DNA of 64,000 nucleotides, taken from IMG/VR virus record IMGVR_UViG_3300020050_009209; one strand, 5' to 3'. Below the pieces are notes generated by a model, which was given only the letters and a program-made list of their open reading frames with translations, was not told the DNA's origin and searched no databases. Source of the stretch: a virus (lineage: Duplodnaviria; Caudoviricetes). The number at the start of each line of letters is the position of its first letter. Positions within the stretch are counted from its first letter, which is position 1. This document shows, one piece after another, positions 10,885 through 21,841 of the stretch. The translations under genes were made by a program, and so were the position numbers.

Positions 10885-11646
10885 GTGTACTCAGAAGACG
10901 CGTATATTTCCGTGGGTCGACCTGGAGCTGGATCTTGCGTAGTGCGGGCTAAAACGTGGCCTGGAGACGAGAAGCTAATAGAGAGGTTCTCCCGGAACTA
11001 TCCACCAGGCACTATTATCGCGCACAAAGGTTTGCGATGGGTGATTCGGTCAGGGGGAGCACTGGAGGCGGTGGCAGCGACCCCGGCCCTACCAACGACC
11101 GTGACTCCGAGCTACGTACCTCCAAGCCCCCAAGTAACTGGACCTGGACCTCAAGTGCAGCAGCTACCCGTCCAAGTTGAAGTTGACGAAGAGTTCTTGC
11201 TTGAACGCACGAAGCTCCACAGACCTTACGCTCCAGTAGATGTAAAGCCTCCAGTTTTCAGTGAGTACCCTACGCTAGAGGGTCTGGTGCGTGCAGATAT
11301 TCATTACTTCACGGGTAATGGGGCAAAGCCTCTAACTCTAAGCGAAGCGCTAGCTCGAATCAAAGAGCTTGAAGCTAAAGTTGGACTCCTTGAGTTGCAC
11401 ATAAAGAGACTGACGGGGCACACACAGACACCTGCACCTAATCCGAGTGTTGAGACTCCCCCACCTGTAGTAGACGTTGTAAGCACTCAGCCTGCAACCA
11501 TCAACCCTGGTGAGGTGTGGGTTTCCAAGGACCCTAGAAGGTCGACTCCGTTTACTGTGCAATCCGTGGATGAGGCTAACTTCTACACGACCGCTGGTCG
11601 ATCAATCAACCTTAGCCGCCTCCACTGCTACCGTAGGGTCAGCTAA
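10885..11646 (+). CDS. Pro-rich protein with a C-terminal domain shared with 22335..23099
   Basis: GEVW.SKD.RR...FTV.SV...R.I.LSR...YR. Confidence 0.65.
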   Translation: MYSEDAYISVGRPGAGSCVVRAKTWPGDEKLIERFSRNYPPGTIIAHKGLRWVIRSGGALEAVAATPALPTTVTPSYVPPSPQVTGPGPQVQQLPVQVEVDEEFLLERTKLHRPYAPVDVKPPVFSEYPTLEGLVRADIHYFTGNGAKPLTLSEALARIKELEAKVGLLELHIKRLTGHTQTPAPNPSVETPPPVVDVVSTQPATINPGEVWVSKDPRRSTPFTVQSVDEANFYTTAGRSINLSRLHCYRRVS

Positions 11647-11949
11647 GTCTACCCACTCGTAGTGGTTCTGAGGGATTAGAGTAGCGTCAAGCTTACTAAG
11701 GTAGGACTTGACGCTACTGATTTCTTGAACACTTAGATGGCCATACCACCCAGGGCTTCCGAGGTAGATCCAGTCATCCAGGTTAATCTGCTTTGAACCG
11801 TACGTACCGTAAGGTAGTGGTACGTAGTTGTCGTGCGCTCTCTCCAGGTCCGATGGGTTTTGATCTGGTCGCATCCCATAGGGGATCCCCCAGAGCACGA
11901 GATCCTTACCTCGATAGAGCACTCGAATAGAAGCTAGCTTCTGGTCCAT
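11602..11949 (-). CDS. hypothetical protein
   Basis: Class I promoter at 11958-11982. Confidence 0.7.
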   Translation of the reverse strand: MDQKLASIRVLYRGKDLVLWGIPYGMRPDQNPSDLERAHDNYVPLPYGTYGSKQINLDDWIYLGSPGWYGHLSVQEISSVKSYLSKLDATLIPQNHYEWVDLADPTVAVEAAKVD

Positions 11950-12187
11950 GCCTACCCTACGTAATGCAAACGCCAGCGTTAACTTGTTTTTGTGTACACC
12001 CTAGGCTTGTACACCCAGTACTCGTTCGACACGTAACCTACAATCGCAGTACCTGTAGCTATCTTATCGTAGGCGATTAGCCAGTCTTTGATCTTCCTCT
12101 CAGCTAGCACCATGGACAACTCAGACAAGCTCTCGGCTTGGAGCGTAACATCTCCCTGTAGGCCTCCACGGTAGTCGGCGAACACCA

Positions 12188-12418
12188 TCACCGCTCTTCC
12201 CGTATTTCCGACTTGGCGGCTCTCCTGGCGGCCTTCCGTGGCTTCCGCCTCACCCGAGCACGCTCCGCTGCTGACGTGATGAATACACACCCCCCGCGAT
12301 CCGCGATGCGCTCGGGCTTGGACATGTCCGTGTTTGGTTTTGTACCGTAAGCCTTCATGCGGTTCGGCTTTGAGCGTTTACGCTTTACTGGCTCATGCTT
12401 TTTCTTGGGGTCACTCAC
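12188..12418 (-). CDS. small basic (K/R-rich) protein
   Basis: GAGG SD; coupled to the CYTH gene. Confidence 0.55.
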   Translation of the reverse strand: MSDPKKKHEPVKRKRSKPNRMKAYGTKPNTDMSKPERIADRGGCVFITSAAERARVRRKPRKAARRAAKSEIREER

Positions 12419-12939
12419 GTCCTCACCTCAAGACCCATAGGGTTCATAGGAGAGTCCGCTAGGCTAGAGTTCGTGTACCGAGCATCAAGAGTTACCTCTT
12501 CTCCAAGCCACCCTGGAATCAAGAACGCTTCATTTTCGCTAGTCAGCTCAATTTCAGCCATAACTAGTCCCGCGTTCGCTCCATGGAACTCGTCAATCTC
12601 CCAAATGTGACCCTCTGGTCGGTGGGGTTGGTGGTGGTAGCGGTACCGAGTCTTAGATACGATCGACCGAGTACAACGAGCTAACAACTCCTTTGCATCC
12701 TGTACTGGAATCTCGTACTCGAACTCAGCACGCTTGAGCTTTCCTGCCCCCTTGATCGTAAGGTACCCAGTACCGCCCCACTTACCCCCAACGGTTCGTA
12801 TTCGCAGAAGGTGCTGACTATCTTCTAGGAGATAACCCTGCTCGTAGTGCTTTCCAGCCTCTGCAAATGCTCTCCAGGTGTCGTTCACAACGAGGAACTT
12901 GCGTTCAATCTCAATTCCCACGCCCACCTCCAATGTCAA
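12415..12939 (-). CDS. CYTH-domain (triphosphate tunnel) protein
   Basis: EIERKFLV, QGYL, RIR, EFEY, K.RY, WEIDEF, AEIEL. Confidence 0.92.
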   Translation of the reverse strand: MTLEVGVGIEIERKFLVVNDTWRAFAEAGKHYEQGYLLEDSQHLLRIRTVGGKWGGTGYLTIKGAGKLKRAEFEYEIPVQDAKELLARCTRSIVSKTRYRYHHQPHRPEGHIWEIDEFHGANAGLVMAEIELTSENEAFLIPGWLGEEVTLDARYTNSSLADSPMNPMGLEVRT

Positions 12940-13198
12940 ACGTCAAAGTGTTACCGTCAACCTTCGTGATGAGAGAGGCTCTACCTCCAAACAGGAGGTA
13001 AGACCCAACCAGGGTAGGGTCTGTAACCCCATAGGCTACGGACTGAGCAGCCTCGTAGAGATCGTGGTCTGGAAACCTAAGCCCTAGTTGCACCTCAGCA
13101 ACGAACTTCATTGCCGCAGCAATCAAGAACTGCTCAACCACACCAGCGTTCTCTAGTTCTCTAACTTGTCGCATTTTCCTCTTTGGAGTCAAGCTCAA
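12911..13198 (-). CDS. hypothetical protein
   Basis: ORF in string. Confidence 0.5.
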   Translation of the reverse strand: MSLTPKRKMRQVRELENAGVVEQFLIAAAMKFVAEVQLGLRFPDHDLYEAAQSVAYGVTDPTLVGSYLLFGGRASLITKVDGNTLTFDIGGGRGN

Positions 13199-13703
13199 TG
13201 TCCGCCTTCAACAGCTCAACGAATCTTGGCCACACTCGCTCACAGAAGTGAGTGCACCCAACATGATCGTGAGTGCTGATCTCCTCATACCAACTGGGAC
13301 GGTAGCTTGGCAAGGCTGTCTCACCATTTCTCCAGTCACTAATACCAAGCTCCGTAGAAAAGTCAGCTGCTTCTAGCAACCTCGTCTCTTTTTCGTACTC
13401 TGCCGTACCCTTCGGCCAGATACCCGAGATGAGCGTAGTCATGTTACGCTTCGTCTCCCGCTCGTCAATTCGGTCTGGCACTCCAGTAGGCTTCAGCTTC
13501 CCGTAGAGGTAAGTACTATCGCACTGAGTAAGGAACTCTCGGAACTCACAGCCTGGTTGGCTCCAGACGTAGACGTAGCTGCCATTATCTGACATGGCAG
13601 AGAAGAAGCCAATCGACGTGTCGATAACAATGATAGCCCAACCGCTTCGAGCGTCTCTCGGCAAGAAGAACCGTTTCAGATTGGGTTTTGCTAGGTCAGC
13701 CAT
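13161..13703 (-). CDS. phage protein, paralog of 40662..41180
   Basis: GWA...D...G.FS..SD.G.Y.Y.W......FR.FL. Confidence 0.75.
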   Translation of the reverse strand: MADLAKPNLKRFFLPRDARSGWAIIVIDTSIGFFSAMSDNGSYVYVWSQPGCEFREFLTQCDSTYLYGKLKPTGVPDRIDERETKRNMTTLISGIWPKGTAEYEKETRLLEAADFSTELGISDWRNGETALPSYRPSWYEEISTHDHVGCTHFCERVWPRFVELLKADIELDSKEENATS

Positions 13704-13993
13704 TAGCGCCTGCCTACCTCGGGGTAAGTGTGTTCCGTTTCAGTAAGCAATGAGGTGAAGCTCATGTACTTAGCCTCTGGTCCAAGAATCCTTAGTAGTA
13801 CCATGAACGCAGGTTGACATATCTTTAAGCAGGCGGGGCAAATCCACTTGATATTCAACCCATCGTAGGCAACGAAGATAGACGTAAACCCAGCTGCCTC
13901 GGCCTCTACGGTAGGGTAACTGCTACCACTAAGAGATGTGAAAGACTTCCCACAATGACAAGAGTGGGTCACCATTTTTTCGGAGTGATTCAT
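13703..13993 (-). CDS. Zn-finger hypothetical protein
   Basis: CHCG and CPAC. Confidence 0.6.
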   Translation of the reverse strand: MNHSEKMVTHSCHCGKSFTSLSGSSYPTVEAEAAGFTSIFVAYDGLNIKWICPACLKICQPAFMVLLRILGPEAKYMSFTSLLTETEHTYPEVGRR

Positions 13994-14163
13994 GTTTTCG
14001 CCAGTATCCGATCCGGTCCTGTAACGTTCAACGCTGTGAGCTGCTGAAGGGCTGAGCTGTAGCTCAGTTCATTCGACTTCCACTGTCGGAGCACCTCCCG
14101 TACTGCATCGTTAGCCCAGCGCATCAGGGTAGCTCTTCTGAGCTTCACGGTAACCTCGTAAGG

Positions 14164-14197
14164 CTAGGCCCTACTATCTCGGATAGTAGGGCCTAGT
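14164..14197. terminator. strong hairpin downstream of 14204..14398
   Basis: CTAGGCCCTACTATC/GATAGTAGGGCCTAG. Confidence 0.65.
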
Positions 14198-14203
14198 TCT
14201 GTT

Positions 14204-14398
14204 TCAGAGTTTGGCGATTCCGTCTCGAATGGCCTTCTGAGTGGCGGCATTCCAGCGGTAGGACTTGGCGTCCATTTGAAGGTTCATGAACGCATCGCTC
14301 TTGCTCATCCCATCGAGGGAGCCGAGAAAATTCTGGACCGCGATGGTCTTGACGTCTTTGCGGGTAGAGAGCTTCTGGATGATTTCTGCGGTAAGCAT
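14204..14398 (-). CDS. small hypothetical protein
   Basis: AGGAG SD; class I promoter at 14421-14446. Confidence 0.8.
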   Translation of the reverse strand: MLTAEIIQKLSTRKDVKTIAVQNFLGSLDGMSKSDAFMNLQMDAKSYRWNAATQKAIRDGIAKL

Positions 14399-15010
14399 TG
14401 TGTGTCTCCTTGCCTGATACTACGAAGTGAGACCAGAAAGCTTTAACCGACTTCTACGATTTTCTTCTTCGGCTGGTAGGGTTGGTGGGAGTCGAACCCA
14501 CTTGGTAGCTGCAAAGTCATGAGGGAAACGCGCTTCCTTCTATGGGCAGGTATCGGCCGTACCCCCAACTGTTACCAGGTGGGGCCATAGTCAGTGCATC
14601 CGCAACCTCACTTCAATTCTGAAGCTCCTCTCCGAGCTTCCTACTCCAGCTATGGCTTTCGCCCCTCGATCCGTTTTTGAGTGCCTTTCCGTCAGGCTCC
14701 AACCCTATAGTGCCGGTCTTTCCCGGCTGTCACTTGACTCACCCAATTCACCGTACGTCAAGAGTAAGGACGAAGGAGACTCAACACGACCACTTCCGTT
14801 GGGTGCCCCGATTCCACTACCCGCACACCACCACGACACCACACCACTTAATTAGTCCCGCCTACTTTACCACAAGCTGTACACACTCCATGCTTCATTG
14901 CTGAAGCTCCGTCATGGTACACATGAGTGCAACGCACCTGTAGGTGTTTTAGCTCTTCCTCGAAGTCCTTTATAGCCTTCTGGAGGTGCTCCTTCAAGGC
15001 CTTAGCTGAC

Positions 15011-15277
15011 TCAGCCTTCAACTTGGCCTCGCTCGGTAAGGACCCTACTCACCTCTTCTAGAAGGAATCTCAGTACAAGATTGGACGCTGGAGGGATGAC
15101 AACTCCTCGCCTCCAACGACTTACAATAGGCCTACTTGTATCGAAGACTATTGCCGCCTGAGCGTCGTTGAGTCCTAACGCATCGCAACCTCTAGTGAAT
15201 AAGCTAGTAAACACCTCATTTGCGGACGCAGGACTTACAGCTTGTAGATCAGCTCGCAAGGCTTCCAGAGGAGTCAC
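15011..15277 (-). CDS. Xre-like HTH protein
   Basis: LNDAQAAIVFDTSRPIVSRWRRG...P. Confidence 0.7.
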   Translation of the reverse strand: MTPLEALRADLQAVSPASANEVFTSLFTRGCDALGLNDAQAAIVFDTSRPIVSRWRRGVVIPPASNLVLRFLLEEVSRVLTERGQVEG

Positions 15278-15573
15278 AGGCTAATGACCCCCACAATCCA
15301 ATCCCCATTGATCTCCACATGGCCGGTAGGGCAAGTACACCCGTAGGGGTGAACGAGGGGGAGATCTGATGGGTCGTCAGGGTCCACGTAGACCATGACT
15401 ACCGTTGGGTTGACTGGGTCGTCAGCACGAAAGTGACGACAAGTGCCAACAACTTGACGCTGAGTCACCCCAAACTTCAGTTGCATTCCAGCAAGGGACG
15501 ATGGGGGGTCGTTTGCTTTGAACCACCGGGCTCGAATCTTCGAGCCCTTGGTGATGTAGGGTGCTTTGCTCAT
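15274..15573 (-). CDS. hypothetical protein
   Basis: Class I promoter at 15582-15607. Confidence 0.7.
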   Translation of the reverse strand: MSKAPYITKGSKIRARWFKANDPPSSLAGMQLKFGVTQRQVVGTCRHFRADDPVNPTVVMVYVDPDDPSDLPLVHPYGCTCPTGHVEINGDWIVGVISL

Positions 15574-15603
15574 ACAGACCTTACGTACCTCGTACTGAGA
15601 GCC

Positions 15604-16080
15604 TTAATCATAATCGTAGCTGGCAAACAGCCTATCTGCTGCCTCTTTTACCGAGAGGCCTTCCTCAAAGACAGTAAAGGGTTGCCCCACTGGGACTTTC
15701 TTACGCTTGACTCTCTTGTACTCTACCACATCCACGCACATAAGTACCTGAGCGAGGTCGTTTGGAGGGTCTTGGGGGGCTCCAAAAATGAACCGGGCGT
15801 TTGGGACTGGAGCGAGCATCAAGTTGGGGTGAGACTCGAACATCTTCTTTATAGCCTGGAACCTAGGTTTCAGGTCTACTTGACTATCCACCTTGAACGT
15901 CGACTTTGAGGGCTGACGGTCTTGCTCAGCTATGAGCTTCAGACAAGTCTTGCACTTCGGTACGAGGTGAGGGGCCACGTACTTAGGGTCGATGTTACGA
16001 CCACACCACATGGCGTCCTCGGTTTCAAGTAACGCATGAGCAACGAGGTGCCCCGAGACGATACCTAGAATCCACTTCAT
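15604..16080 (-). CDS. hypothetical protein
   Basis: ATG overlaps the upstream stop. Confidence 0.55.
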   Translation of the reverse strand: MKWILGIVSGHLVAHALLETEDAMWCGRNIDPKYVAPHLVPKCKTCLKLIAEQDRQPSKSTFKVDSQVDLKPRFQAIKKMFESHPNLMLAPVPNARFIFGAPQDPPNDLAQVLMCVDVVEYKRVKRKKVPVGQPFTVFEEGLSVKEAADRLFASYDYD

Positions 16081-16490
16081 TGCGGCACCTTGAGTCCTTC
16101 TACGAGGTCTTTCGCCTCTTTGAGTCCACACCCTGTGAGCGATCGAACAAGGCGAATCTTTTCAAGCTTATTGTTAAAAGTCGCAGATTTTACCCAGAGG
16201 GTGAGCAGGTCACGAAGATCCGAAAGCTTATCGGTCTCCATTCTCAACAGAACGTCAATGACCTCCTTAGGAGCCATACGTACATACACGCTCGTATCCG
16301 TGAAAGAGTTGTCGGCAAGTCCTTTACCGACCCGCCTCAGGTACTCTTTTCCACCGTCCACTGCGATGTTACCGCAAGTGCAAGTGAGGTAGTGGTGAAC
16401 ACTTACACTCTCAATCTCTGAGAGGCAAATGTGGCACTTGACCGAGTTGCGAGAAATTTTGATACTATCGTGGTCTGTGAGCATAGGCAT
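16077..16490 (-). CDS. Zn-ribbon domain fused to a ribosomal L7/L12 C-terminal-like motif
   Basis: CHIC...CTCG..AVDGG plus KIRLVRSLTGCGLKEAKDLVE. Confidence 0.7.
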   Translation of the reverse strand: MPMLTDHDSIKISRNSVKCHICLSEIESVSVHHYLTCTCGNIAVDGGKEYLRRVGKGLADNSFTDTSVYVRMAPKEVIDVLLRMETDKLSDLRDLLTLWVKSATFNNKLEKIRLVRSLTGCGLKEAKDLVEGLKVPQ

Positions 16491-16499
16491 AGTCTTTCT

Positions 16500-17012
16500 T
16501 TAGCCCCAAGTGAGGGCGCCAGCCCCGAGTTCATCAAGGGGCACTCTATCGAGAATAGGTTGTACGGCTTCGATGGTCTTCGTCATACCCAAGAGCCGGG
16601 ACAGGTTGTGCGGGTCCTGCCTGAGGCTTTCGTAGGCCCTTTGGACCCTAAGCCAGGGGAGTGCTCGGGTACCCCCGAGTTCGAGTCCACGGTCTACCTG
16701 GGAGAAGTAGAACATCATCCAATCCGTGACTTGTTGCACATCGCGCAAGTGCTTGGTTGTCCACACCAGAGCTACTGCAAGCCTGTGCTTACAGTGATTA
16801 CCCCGTTGGGAGTCTTCGCAGGTGCAGGTAGATCGACTTCCGTGCACATGGACGAGATAGTCTCCCTTGACCCCCTCTACAGCGTAACAGCCCCCCATGT
16901 CGTAAACCTCTCCGACAAGAGCCAGAGCGCGTTGGATACGACCCTGCAACTTTGGGTTCTTCTCCGTCCAAAGTTGAGCTAGCTCGTTCATCTGCTTCGC
17001 GGGGTTACTCAT
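16500..17012 (-). CDS. SWIM zinc-finger protein
   Basis: CTCED......CKH; class I promoter at 17022-17047. Confidence 0.8.
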   Translation of the reverse strand: MSNPAKQMNELAQLWTEKNPKLQGRIQRALALVGEVYDMGGCYAVEGVKGDYLVHVHGSRSTCTCEDSQRGNHCKHRLAVALVWTTKHLRDVQQVTDWMMFYFSQVDRGLELGGTRALPWLRVQRAYESLRQDPHNLSRLLGMTKTIEAVQPILDRVPLDELGAGALTWG

Positions 17013-17043
17013 GGCAGGTACTACGTAGGTTGACGTGGAGTCT

Positions 17044-19851
17044 TTAAGGCAAAATGCACTCCTCAGCCGGATCTTCCAGAAGAGGCTCTAGCATAAATCC
17101 AGTCAAAGGGGTCCCTTTAGCTGGGTGAAACCTCTTCGCTGCTTTTTTGGCTTCGTGCTTCGTGCGGAACACAGTTGCGTTCTCGACGAACCCAGGTTTA
17201 CAACCAGAGGAGTGCACCTCTAAGTAAGAGGCAGTGCCAATGATTCGAACGAGGTACCCTACTTGGGTCATATCGGACGGACATTCTCAGGGGCGAGTCG
17301 AAGGATCCTACCTGAGCGGTCCATCTTCACATGGACCAAGTTTTTCTTGTCCAGCTTACGAATAGTTCCGAACCGGTCCCCTCGCATCCAAGCATCCGTG
17401 CCAGGATGTAACTCAACCCTCTGAGGGGGGAGAGTCTCTACTACAGGATCACTTGCCATGAATTCGTCCTCATTCAAGGATAGGCTTTACACTGGGATGG
17501 GAGCAAGCGTACCTGCTGCTCACGTCGCACTTGGTTCCCATCATGACTGCGCAAGATGGTCACACACAGGGATGCCCCGAGTTCGATGTACGGGCGCTCA
17601 CTAAGGGGGACGGCTGAGAGGGGCATGGTTGCGATAGCTTCCTCCCCCTTAGATGAGACCGTTCGGAGTCGAAGCTCGACACCCTCGATAGCTTCGATGT
17701 AACACTCGAAGCACTCCTCAACCACCTCAGTGCTTGGGGTCTTAGCTACCGCTTCTCGCAGTTCACTGATACGCTCGCCACCCTTGCGATGACTCCGACC
17801 CCGCCAAGCCGTTCGCTCAGGGTTGTGCTTAGTTCTCTTCATGTGAAGTCCTACGTAGTGGAGTTGTGAGGGTTTAACCTACCGTTTCACTAGAGTGCCA
17901 GGTCGGACCTGCAACGCATTGATACAAGCGTCATCTCGCCTTACGTCGGGTCCCTTCACCCACAGAACTTGGCTAAACAAGTCGCAGCGAGTTCTTGCCT
18001 CCGAGAGATTTTGAGTGTTCGGGGCTACATTTCGTTGTAGGTAGGTGCACGCTGACCCACAGTGAGTAGGCTCGAAACCAACTTCAATTTCCCTCTCTAC
18101 CCAAATCTTCAAAGTCTCTTTCAATTTCGACCTCGATTTCCACCTAGCGAGTCTCCACAGTCGAGGCAGGTTGCTCCACCATGGAACATTGGCTTCTGGT
18201 TCAGGTGCTTACAGTTTGCGTCTGCCACCAGGGGTAGGTCATCCAGTCGAATTCCTCGTGGCTTCGAAGGCAAGCTGTTGAGGTCACGAACGCCCTGCCG
18301 AGTTACTTTGCTTTTCTTGCTCATTGTCTTCTCTATGCAGCCATCAGGCTTTTGATTTGCTCCCGAGTGGGGTCCTCTACTACTACACCCCATTCCCAAC
18401 TGTGAAGGTAATTTCCGCAGTTGCCAGCGCAAGTAGTGTCGACCATCGCAGTGGCCTGAGCATCTTCTTCCGTTTCACCTTCAGCAATGGCCTCCAAGTA
18501 GGCCTCCTGTACCTGGTCGTCACACAGGAGACCAGGGGCGTTATCTACAATCCAGTCTACGGCGATATCCAAAGCCGTGTCCAGACTGTCCCCCCAGATC
18601 ATAAGCTGAGTGTCCCTGTAAGCCCCGAACCACAGGACATACCGGTGCTTTACCCAGGATCGATCCGTACCATTTACAATGTGAATCATGCTTCAGGTCT
18701 CAAGTGTGAAGAGGAGGGGAAATCCGATTGACGTGGTCGTAGAAGGATGGACCCCTACGACGTCCCTTCCCCGCAGTAAACGTGCGAATCCAAGCCCAAG
18801 CTTCCCTGGTGCAGGGGCCGCATACAATGAACGTAGGGCTGTAAACACAGCCAGTTGCAGGGTGGGCATGACCCTCACAGGTGCGGCAACGATGACTTAC
18901 AAACTCTGGGTTGTCCACTTTAGTCTCCCACTTGTCTCGGTATCTGGAGTACCACCTCTTAACGAAAAGAGGGTGCAGAGTACCACACGGTGAGGTACCC
19001 GTTTACGAACTCTCGGTACGACTTCGTAGCCTCAGCCATCTCAAGGAAGAGATCGGCTTCCTCGTCGCTATCGAACACCTTCTTGAAGTCGTAGTGCTCG
19101 CCATCGATCTTGTACATACCTACCTTACGGATGGGACACTCAAACCCTTAACGAAAAAGAGGGGCAGGGTGTTACTAACCCTGCCCCTTAAGATTTTCCA
19201 GGTAGTTACTTGCCTTACCCAACTGGGTCCGGTCTTTCTCCGGATGGCATCATACAGTGCTCCTCGTGTTGTTACCTTTCGGGATACTTTTAGCTTACTT
19301 ACATCTCAGCTCAAGTCAAGTGGATTTTGCCTCTTTTGGGGCGATGTTCGCATTGTTGACTGCCTCTTGTACGATAGCGTCAGCAGCGTCCATGATACCA
19401 ATTCCAGTTGACCAGTGCATGGGTACTGCACGTTTACCGAGTTGCTTGCAAATCCAAAACTGAAGCTCAAGACCTTGCGTTTCGTGGAGTTCAGAGGTTG
19501 AGTAGGTTCCACGAGGAAGCAACTTCAGGGGTGGGCGTTTACCTACCATGGTGGCAATCGCATCCCCACATGGGTCCTTGATGCCCTCGAAGTAGTAGTG
19601 ATGTGTTCGCACAATCAACCCCCTCCCAACTTTAGGTGAGTCTTAGCCAGCAACTTTGCCTGGATTCGGGTCTTCCCTTCACTGGTACTAATCTGAATCC
19701 AAGCAGGTTTTCCTGGGATGGCCCAGAACCACAGGTGAGATAGAAGGCTCCACCAGGACTTTGCATGAGTAAGCCAAACGCCACCCTTCGCATCAATCAC
19801 AATCATGCCGTGGAGGGCGTAGGCTTTAGCTCGAATGATTTCGACTGTCAT
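17044..19851 (-). other. string of small hypothetical ORFs (17044-17271, 17268-17477, 17474-17842, 17879-18124, 18121-18324, 18333-18689, 18700-18918, 19316-19618, 19615-19851)
   Basis: Coupled ORFs; class I promoters at 17852-17877 and 19126-19151. Confidence 0.65.
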
Positions 19852-20549
19852 GACTCCTCAAGAAACTTTGACCATCGGTCATATAGCTTATTCTTGACAA
19901 TTTCTTGGTGGGACCAGTGATCGCTTGTAGTGACGTGATCTTTTCGAACCCATTTGGCGACTGAGGTGGAGAACTCCGAGTCTTCAAAGGATTCAGCAAC
20001 CCGAACCACTACTCCCTCACGGACTCCCCCTAAAGCCGAGGGAGCTGTAGTAAACCTATCGGTAACCTCCTTGAGTTGACTCTCGGTTGTAACTGAGAAC
20101 CTACCTAGTAGCGGAACCGTAGCTACTTCGAGTTGCTCTGCCCAATCCTCAACCAACTCCCAAGACTCCCAGCGAAGGGTAATTCCCTCAAGAGCCCCCT
20201 CAAGATCTCGCACTCGCACCCCAAAAAGTAGTAAGTAGCTTGGGAGGCTTGTGTACTCGATGCTATGCTTTGCGTAGCACCACTCCCCAAAGATCTGGAT
20301 CCCCTCAGGAATACCAGACCTCACTTGAGCGTGCAGCGCCTTCAAAGCATCAAAGCTTGGGTGCTTTGGAGCCTTAGCGTGGCTCCGTGCGTACACTGCG
20401 TCATGCTCAAGGCAGACGTTAGAGCCGTCCACTTTCTCAGTGACGATGATCTCTCGGTTGAGCAACCCATCAAGGGTTACGATCCTCTTGTCATCGTTAG
20501 TCCCACCAGGAGACCAGGTGAGATGGGGAGTTCTGTTGTACTTGTCCAT
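19848..20549 (-). CDS. RNA ligase family protein (Rnl2-like)
   Basis: Motif I TEKVDGSN, FGEW, EGVVVR, KWVR. Confidence 0.88.
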   Translation of the reverse strand: MDKYNRTPHLTWSPGGTNDDKRIVTLDGLLNREIIVTEKVDGSNVCLEHDAVYARSHAKAPKHPSFDALKALHAQVRSGIPEGIQIFGEWCYAKHSIEYTSLPSYLLLFGVRVRDLEGALEGITLRWESWELVEDWAEQLEVATVPLLGRFSVTTESQLKEVTDRFTTAPSALGGVREGVVVRVAESFEDSEFSTSVAKWVRKDHVTTSDHWSHQEIVKNKLYDRWSKFLEES

Positions 20550-20618
20550 AACACTGGCCTTTCTTACTGGTACTTACGAAAAGCCAGTGCTTAGACTTAA
20601 CTACTTTCTACCGCTCTG

Positions 20619-21236
20619 TCACGGAAAGAGAGGTCTCACATCAAGAAGGGGCTCTTCCTCCGCCACCTTTACGTCATCCTTAGGGTCTTCCTCCGTCTTC
20701 ACGTCAGCCTCAGGAGTCTCGGCAACCGTCAGACCCTTTTGCGTAAGACGCCACCTACCCACTCCAAAATTCTGCAAAACCCCCCTATTGCGTAGAGTGG
20801 TAATGAACCCTCGAAGCTTAGGTAAACGAAGGGGGTCAGATGGGCCGTAAACGATGGAGGCAATCTCGCCTACGCTTGCCCCTGGGTTGTCTCGAAAGGC
20901 TGTGACAATCGACTTTACGACAATACCTCTAGGGCTGTAAGGTTGGGTGCTCGTGTTCACCCTAAGCCTCTTTTTAGAGGGCTTCTTCCCTTGAGAATCC
21001 CCCTTGGGGGCCTTGAAAGTCTCTTCTTGTGTGCTTGAGCTACTGGTACCTTGCTGCTTAAATGCAGCAATAGCCGCAGCTAGGATTGGAGGGGTTTTTA
21101 GAGCCCCACATCCGGCAATCATAGCAATGACCTCCGCATCCTCTAGAGTCAGGAACGGGTGGAACCTACTTACAAGTGACTCTAAGTAAGTCACAACATA
21201 GGTAGGTAGGTTTCTCTTCGCTTGGTCTTTCTTCAT
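20619..21236 (-). CDS. winged-helix-like DNA-binding protein
   Basis: PGASVGEIASIVY...LRNRG......GRWRLT. Confidence 0.6.
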   Translation of the reverse strand: MKKDQAKRNLPTYVVTYLESLVSRFHPFLTLEDAEVIAMIAGCGALKTPPILAAAIAAFKQQGTSSSSTQEETFKAPKGDSQGKKPSKKRLRVNTSTQPYSPRGIVVKSIVTAFRDNPGASVGEIASIVYGPSDPLRLPKLRGFITTLRNRGVLQNFGVGRWRLTQKGLTVAETPEADVKTEEDPKDDVKVAEEEPLLDVRPLFP

Positions 21237-21289
21237 TTGATCCTTCTTTCCACTAGGGAGTTAGTGTAAGGTACACCTACACCAACTCC

Positions 21290-21604
21290 CTAGCTAGCCC
21301 AGAACTTTTCAGCCATTCTCATGGCTCTTTGGATGTTTGCCAAACCCACCGGGTTTGCCGAATGCACCCTCCACGTCATTGAACGTAGAGTCCCAAAGTA
21401 AGCTCTCTTCTCGATAAACTGAGCTACCAGGTATCCTGTACCCGAGGTGCTCCCGAGGTCATGATCAAAGTCAATCTCGGTAACCTCACCTCTCGCCAGA
21501 ATTCGACAAGCCTCCATAGCAGAGGAGACTCCCACCCAACCCTGAGGCGGGTGCCGGTCAGGGGTAGACGGGTCGTCAATTTGGTCGTCAAGCCACAGTT
21601 TCAT
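21290..21604 (-). CDS. cyclic-phosphate-processing receiver domain protein
   Basis: KLWLDD...DFDHDLG..TGY...HSANPVG. Confidence 0.85.
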   Translation of the reverse strand: MKLWLDDQIDDPSTPDRHPPQGWVGVSSAMEACRILARGEVTEIDFDHDLGSTSGTGYLVAQFIEKRAYFGTLRSMTWRVHSANPVGLANIQRAMRMAEKFWAS

Positions 21605-21605
21605 G

Positions 21606-21827
21606 TTATCTACTACGTAACTTCGCCTGCCACGCTAAAGCAAGACGTACAAGTTTCCTAGCGGTTCGTAGGTCTATCTCTCTTCCAAGTACACGAATCC
21701 TACGGGATGGGCTGCTAGGTATTTCGTACACGGTGTACCGAAACTTCTTCCCAGCTGCCTCATCCGGTACAATTAGGTAGTGCTTCCCGTAGTACCCAAC
21801 TCGCGACTTGGTCTCAAGAACTGCCAC
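21606..21827 (-). CDS. hypothetical protein
   Basis: GGAGG SD. Confidence 0.6.
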   Translation of the reverse strand: MAVLETKSRVGYYGKHYLIVPDEAAGKKFRYTVYEIPSSPSRRIRVLGREIDLRTARKLVRLALAWQAKLRSR

Positions 21828-21841
21828 TTACGCCTCCACGG

